Part shown: in pieces, positions 12,901 to 19,539 of the stretch | Position numbering within the stretch: the first letter of the stretch is position 1 | Layout of the letters: each line of letters starts with the position of its first letter | NCBI GenBank assembly: GCA_903863425.1 | Contig: CAIPBY010000086.1 | Coordinates: 1-55,488, forward strand | Direction of reading: 5' to 3' | Length of the DNA stretch: 55,488 bases | Origin: Candidatus Buchananbacteria bacterium | GTDB lineage: Bacteria; Patescibacteriota; Patescibacteriia; 2-01-FULL-39-33 | Notes under the pieces: generated by a model | Told to the model about the DNA's origin: nothing | Seen by the model: the letters and a program-made list of their open reading frames with translations, nothing else | Databases searched by the model: none | Translations under genes and position numbers: made by a program

Positions 12901-15141
12901 AGATCCATTATACAATTCCACCCATTGATCGGTTGAACCTTCTATGTTGCAAGTCAACCCGCTATTGCACCCCCGAGGATCGCAAACGCCCCAGACATCA
13001 TAACCGCAACTTTGATTACCACCGCCCCAAGTTGTCACCTTGAAGCCCCAGGCATAGAGAGTTTGAGTCGCCTGAGCCGTAAAAGGATTGGGAGCACAGC
13101 CAGGATCGCCTGACCTGGGAGCGCAAGCATTCCAATCATCTCCAGTGGCATTGCATTTTCTTTCATAACCGCAAGTACCGACTGGATCACAAACGGCCGT
13201 GGTACTAACTGTTCCCGGCTCGCAAGTTTTGTCAGTGCTTCCCTTCTGGCAAGTGCAAGAACTAGGATTACAGATCAATCCTAAAGTAGAACTGCAGACG
13301 CTATTTGCGACATCACAAGTTCTGCTATATCCTCCGCAGAAAGAACCATCTGATCCATCACTGAGGGTAAATCTAAATTTATTGCTATAATTCTCGCCAT
13401 CATAAATACGGATATCAGCCATATTGCCAGCCACGCTGGAATCAGGAATCACATCCGTTACGGTAGTGGAAGAAATCCAATTAGAGGCCGTACTGGTGAC
13501 AGTAGTACTCACCCAAGTCGCATCATCTGACATCTGGCCATTAACCCACTTGGCGTTTTTAAACGCGCCCAAATCCCAAATCACGCTGGAAGTGCTAGGG
13601 CTGGATCTTAAAAATTTATTGCCTATTATATTTGTAGACGAAGGAGCAACGCCATTTCGAGGCACAGCGTTGCAAATTCCCGGTCTTTGTATATTGTTAA
13701 TCTGGAAACCGACTTGGTTATCACTGTTTAGAGAATTATGACTAACCATGACCTTATAATTGGTGGAAGAATCTCTGACCACCTCGGAATCATTGGTATT
13801 ATTAGAAATATCAGAAACAACGTTAGGAACCTCAACAATAATTTGATTATCATCCCAAACCACAGGACAAGGCGAACCGGGAGGAAACGCCTGCGTACTG
13901 CTTTGAGCATTACCACTCTCCCAAAAATTCACACTGCCGAGAGCGGATGATGTGCCGAATCCCCTACCCAAAATAGTGATATAATTTCCGACAGCGCCAT
14001 TGGGAAGCTCAGTTGTGCCGACATTGGTAGTCGGAGAAATAGAGTCTATATGCGGAGGCCAAGCACAAGTACAAGTATTATTATCGCAAACCCCATTACT
14101 GCACTGAGCATTATCAGGTGAACAAGTGCCTCCACTCAAATTATTATTGCAGGACTCGCCTGGACAACTACCACATTCACCACCACAATCCTTGCCAGTT
14201 TCGCCAATATCTTGAATATTATTAAAACAATGCCTGGCACGAATAATGGTTTTAATAGGATTCGAATCTATCAGCGTTCCCAAGCCGCCAAGAGTGGCTT
14301 GAATTTTTAGGGTGGAAGTGGTGCCAGTAGCGAGTCCCGAAGTATCCCAAAGATAAGAAGCATTATTGATCTCCGGGACATTAGTTGGAGCATCTTGAAA
14401 TTGCCCCAATAAAGGCCAAGGATTAACGGGAGCGGTAGATGTTGTCCATAATAATTCCATTTTCGAAATAGTACCTCCTACATTCTTGGCATAACCACCG
14501 ACTTGCAAAGTGGAGGTGCTCTGAGGAACACCAATAGTACGATTATCATTCCAATTTACCCGAATACTCCACGGCCTGCTTAAATCACTGCCATTATCAC
14601 TAAATTTATTGATATAAGTGGACTGGTGACTGGCAGGAGAGCAGGTGTTTTCCCAATCACCCCAAACGCCATTTATACATCTTTGCACTCCGCAATTTCT
14701 TAAATTTTGCTGACCAGCAGTACATGGCTGACCGGGAATATTACCTCCCCCGCCTAATCCAAGCGCCTTCATGATAAATGAAGCGATGGCAAATGAAGCC
14801 ATAATTATAATCAAACCAATTACCCCGGCTATCAAAATTTTCTTAGCCTTGTCCACTTTTTGGGTATCGCCATTCGATATCATCCAAGTCCAACCGCCGT
14901 ACAAAATAATCAAAACTGCCAATACACCCAGAAGCCCTAGAAATATTCTCACAATATTACCTATGAGTGTAGGCAAAGGGGTATTACTGAGCCCAGCCGA
15001 GGCGCCGAAAGTGGCCAAATTACTGGTGGCAGTCTGGGCGAGAACAAAATTAACATTAAAAACAAAAACCAGAGCAACAATAAATATTGCCAGGATAACT
15101 AAGCTTGATTTATTTTTCTTATCCTTTCCTTTCCAAAACAT
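952..15141 (-). CDS. Giant (4729 aa) secreted or surface multidomain protein with an N-terminal VirB2/TrbC-pilin-like membrane anchor; putative adhesin
   Basis: A single uninterrupted 14190-nt ORF. The N-terminus has a signal/TM segment followed by ..[65 protein letters not shown] (two TM helices). Recognisable motifs: IPT/TIG-like ([19 protein letters not shown]), lamin-tail-like ([20 protein letters not shown]), LamG-like ([24 protein letters not shown]), and repeated [27 protein letters not shown]-type Cys-rich repeats (DUF4215/Myxococcus-type). Confidence 0.85.
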   Translation of the reverse strand: [4729 protein letters not shown]

Positions 15142-15167
15142 TTAGATAATTATCTAATCACTTTATT

Positions 15168-18100
15168 TTAATTGCTTGACATCGAAAGTGGCGTGCCAGT
15201 TACAACACAAGTGCCGAAACAGCATCCTGTTGATCCGCTGATATCTCCGGTAAGTGTGGATGTCGGATGGTCTTTGGTAATAATCCAGCTTCCGTATTTA
15301 TGGGTACTAGACACACTCGCATTATAATAAATCACAGCGCATCTATCTGTCGGCGAACAAATTTTCGCCCCCTCTACCTCCAGGCAATTCTCATGAGCAT
15401 AAGAAGCCGGATTGGTGGAGCTGACATTGTAAATTACGCTTGAACTGGCATCAGTCATACACCCTTGAGTTTCATTAGAGCCGTTTTTCTGGTAATTGCA
15501 ATTATTGCTGGAAGTCGCACCCATTGTAGAGGCGAAAGCTTCATCACCGGCATACCTCGGTCCGTTGCCGGGCAAGAAGCAATTCTGAGTGATGGATTGC
15601 ACGCCCGAACCGACCAAAGGCCCATATTGGACGGATTGATCGAAGTTATTATGGTTTATTACGGCCTGAGTTTGCTCGGCCCAGCCATTAGTCTCACCAC
15701 TTATATTGCTTGATCCAACCCAATACCCCACCGGATTCGCGCCGGGAGTAATGGTTTGCAAAGCCACGAATCTCTGCGCCCAAGAGGCTGTCGTTCTGTC
15801 GCCAGCTGGATCATAACCCCAGCCCGGCTTAAGCGTATCGGCGGCCATAATCCGATCAAAAGTGATTTTTACCTGATCCATAGGCGTCTGACCCTCGTCC
15901 GAGCCATATTTCTGGTCGCCGTAAGGCTCAATTTTGCTTATAAGCGGAGATTGCGAATCGATCAACGAAGAAACATAAAAGCTCCACTGGAAATTATCTC
16001 CAGTAGTGGCGACAGAAGTAGACCAAGGCCCTTTAGCCAGGCCGGCTAATTCCGGCCAAGAAGCTATGTTTGCAGATGACAAGATAGGCAACAAGAATGG
16101 ATTACTTCCAGGACCATCAGCAATACCTAGATTCTGTTTATAAAATTCATTATCATCATAATAATAATTATAATTGCCATTAAACGAGTTATTGGACATA
16201 TCGGCAATACCGCTGGTATAATCAGCTGTCTTGGGATAATAAACAGTCTGCCCGTTTACTAATTTACTGCACTTTGTATCCGCACTGCATCCGCCTCCGA
16301 AACTGCCGGCTACCTCCTTATCTCCATTTACACACCAAGAATCGCTAGTGCCAACACAAGTCTTGAGTGTAGCCGCCTTTATCTCTACTTCAAATTTAGT
16401 CGAGGTAGGAAACGCGCCGGGAGTAGAAGTGCTCCAGCAATAAATCGTATCTCCACAGCTATTTTTCCCGCAAGGTATAGTGCCTATCAAATCAACGGTT
16501 CTGTACTGGTTGGAAAAGGTAGTGGAAGCCGTGGTGGTCTCTATTGACGACACTATGCCATCACCATTTTTATCCATTCTCACAATTATATTATTTGTGA
16601 TAGAAAGAGGATTTATGGCCTTGCTGAAAGTAATTTGGAATTTGGTATTATTGGGCGAATCTTGTGGATCTGGTGTAGAATCATTTCTAATCACGCCGTA
16701 AACGGTATTTGTGCCTCCGGTCACGCTTTCAGTGGTACTTGCATTACCCGTCCAACGAACAATCCTGATGCTATTGCCTTGTTCTCCAACCTCTTTGGCT
16801 CGAATAATTACCGAGGTATTGGGAGTAGTCGTGGCCTCTGCATTTACAATCAAGCTATTAGAATTTATAGCAGTAGCCAAATACTGCGTGGATGATATGG
16901 CGCTAGTTCCCGCCTTAACTGTGATATAGGAAGGAATATCTCTCGGAATAGCTTCATTATCGCTCACAAACATGTATTTTTGTTCGATAGCGCCATTTTG
17001 GATGATATATCTATCTCCTATAACCGGACTATAAACCGTGAAACTCCATCGTGAACTTCTAGGGAAAGGAGCGCCGGTACCAGGAATATTGCTATTGCCA
17101 TCGGCCGTTGTTCGAGACTCTGCGATAAGCCCATTAAGATCCAAAGAATTGGAAGAAACACTCAATGGAAGACAACTAGATCTTACTATACTACCATCTT
17201 TACATACTCCATCAATTTTATAAGTTACACCCAAATAATCTTTCGCATTATTATTATTATTAAAAGTAACATAGGTGCCATCCGGGGATACGGTAAAATC
17301 TATAGTAGTGCTGGCTGGCGTATCTGAAGCCACCGCAAATCCAGAGGGGCTACGCACATAAGCTTTGAAACCACCCTCTACTGCTGTAGCAGGCGTCATC
17401 TCCGCAATCAAGGGATGGCTTTTATCCACATAAAAATGAAAGCTACCGCCTCTATCCCAAATTTTTACAGGAACATTGGGAATCACCGCAGAACCGAAAA
17501 GTGAGGTGACCACTCCCGTCGCTTTCACGGAAACGGTATTGTAATCGTCTGCGTGATCATCCGGCGGAGGAATAATTTCGGAAGCCACCACATAGGGCGG
17601 ATTCAAGTCCAGCTTGCCATTGGTTTCAAACGACCAAGAGTATTCTCCGCCTCCGAAGACAGACTCTGTTTTTCCTAATTTAGTAATTTCCGGACCAAGC
17701 CAAACTTGGAAATATCTGTCTTTGCCATCGGCCGGACCTAAATTGCTATTCGGCGTGAAGACATAAGTTCTATTGTCTGCAGTACTCGAGACTGTGGTAG
17801 AGGCGAAATGATCAACATTAAAGTCAGAGCCGGACATACACCCGCCAGTAGAAGACGCCTCGCAAATATGAATAGTGCTGGTACGAATATACCCATTATC
17901 TTTATAAATCGTACTGCTAGCCACCGGCTCTTTGAAAGTGACAATAATAAGCGTATCAATACTGACATCTTTCTGCTGTGGCGCCGGATAAACGCTCTCA
18001 ATCGGGCCTCGGCCGATATTTGATCGCCATGGATCGTCATGACAGCCCGGGCAAGATGGCGGTGGATTGGGATTATTTCCCTTTCCGCCAAGCCAACCCA

Positions 18101-18509
18101 TGATAAAGGTGGCAATAGCAAAAGAAAGCATCATAATGATTAATCCAATAATAGCATTGGTAATGATTTTCTTGGCCTTGTCCACCTTGGTCGGATCACC
18201 CTCAGCCGTCATCCAAATCCAACCGGCATAAATGATAATCAAAACCAGCACTACGCCGATCATGCCCAGGAAAATCCGAACTAAATTTCCGACAAAAGTG
18301 ACTAAATCGACATTAGGAAGTCCGGAAGCGGTGCCAAAAGCGGTAAGATTGCTATTAATATTGCTGTTTTGAGCCAAAACTGGAGAAGTCGCGCCAGCGC
18401 CGATAATAAAAGATAAAAGCAAAAAGACAGCCAGAAAAGAAACCCAAAAAGCTTTGGATTTTTTCTTGGCTGACGACCTTTGCATGGGTGAAAGCCGTTC
18501 CTTGAACAT
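15168..18509 (-). CDS. Large (1113 aa) surface protein with the same pilin-like N-terminal anchor and Ig-like (Big_5/SbsA-type) segments
   Basis: The ORF lies 26 nt upstream of the giant ORF on the same strand. Its N-terminus ..[65 protein letters not shown] is closely paralogous to the giant protein's N-terminus. Segments such as [26 protein letters not shown] look like bacterial Ig-like domains. Confidence 0.8.
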   Translation of the reverse strand: [1113 protein letters not shown]

Positions 18510-18575
18510 AGTGTTATGAGGTTAAGTATTTGTCCTTAATTATAACATAAAGAGCGACGGAGGTGCAAGAACTTT

Positions 18576-19037
18576 TTAAACAGATTTATTTAATTCTTCT
18601 TTCAGAATTTTGGAAACCATTTGTCCGTCTGCCGTTCCCTCTGATTTGGCCATGACCGCGCCCATCACTTTGCCGAATTCAGACGGATTGACTGTCCCCA
18701 TTTCCGAGATAACCCCCTTAACTAATTCTCTTACTTTCTCCTCGGATAATTGCTGAGGCAGATACTTTTCTAAGATAACAACCTCTTCTTTTTCCTTTTG
18801 TGCCAAATCCGCTCTTCCGCCAGACTCATATGACTCCGCCGAATCTTTCCTTTTCTTGACTTCTGACTTGATGACAATGATAGCCTCTTCATCGGACAAT
18901 GTTTCTTCCTTGGACATCTTCTTCTCTATCTGCTTATTGGCGATAGAAGCCTTGAGCATTCGCAGAGTTGAAATTTCCAATTCCCGTTTGGCCTTGTAGG
19001 CTTCCAAAAAATCCGCATTTATTTGCTGTTGGAGCAT
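18576..19037 (-). CDS. yqeY: GatB/YqeY domain protein
   Basis: 153 aa. MLQQQINADFLEAYKAKRELEISTLRMLKASIANKQIEKK...ESGGRADLAQKEKEEVVILEKYLPQQLSEE is typical of the YqeY family. Confidence 0.8.
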   Translation of the reverse strand: MLQQQINADFLEAYKAKRELEISTLRMLKASIANKQIEKKMSKEETLSDEEAIIVIKSEVKKRKDSAESYESGGRADLAQKEKEEVVILEKYLPQQLSEEKVRELVKGVISEMGTVNPSEFGKVMGAVMAKSEGTADGQMVSKILKEELNKSV

Positions 19038-19111
19038 AAAATTATTTTAATTATTAAAAAAACCTTCATAGCATTGCCAACTTCCAAACGAAATTGGCAA
19101 TATATAAAGGT

Positions 19112-19345
19112 TTATCTTCTTGTCGGTTCTTCAATCAACTTTCCTATCTTCTTCAAATATTCTCGTTTATTGTTTATTTCCGATCTTCGAGCCGCACCGG
19201 CGCGTACTCTGGTCTTGTTCTTTTTGGATTCAAAAAAACGAATTTTCCGGCTTTGAATTAATCGTCCGCTTTGCTGGACTTTCTTGCTGAATCTTCTCAT
19301 CAAAGCTTCAAAAGTTTCTCCTTTTTTCCTTTTTACTTCAGCCAC
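19112..19345 (-). CDS. rpsU: 30S ribosomal protein S21
   Basis: 77 aa and basic. VKRKKGETFEALMRRFSKKVQQSGRLIQSRKIRFFESKKNKTR matches the S21 pattern. Confidence 0.85.
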   Translation of the reverse strand: MAEVKRKKGETFEALMRRFSKKVQQSGRLIQSRKIRFFESKKNKTRVRAGAARRSEINNKREYLKKIGKLIEEPTRR

Positions 19346-19392
19346 GTGAATTCACCTCTCTTTCTATGATTTATGTTAATAAATTTATGCGT

Positions 19393-19508
19393 CGTCATCC
19401 CGGGCTTGACCCGGGATCCAGGTTAATCCATACGCGATATAATTAACGCAATGAATCTAGCCTGGATCCCGGATATTTTGATGATTACATCAAAATTCCG
19501 GGATGACG
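19393..19508. repeat. Composite palindromic element (nested hairpins) between hisS and rpsU
   Basis: The outer arms CGTCATCCCGG / CCGGGATGACG enclose CCCGGGCTTGACCCGGG, GGATCCAGG...CCTGGATCC and ATTTTGATGATTACATCAAAAT hairpins. Confidence 0.7.
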
Positions 19509-19539
19509 AGATAAAAAAACTTAATGTATACTCAATCTT

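Noticed and set aside
1372-15145. Dozens of 60-225-aa ORFs in the track lie on either strand inside the giant gene (for example 3640-4290 +, 6163-6840 +, 11460-11840 -).
   Set aside because: They lie wholly within the 14190-nt ORF, antisense or out of frame. They have low-complexity translations and no start context. They are shadow ORFs caused by the compositional bias of the giant gene.
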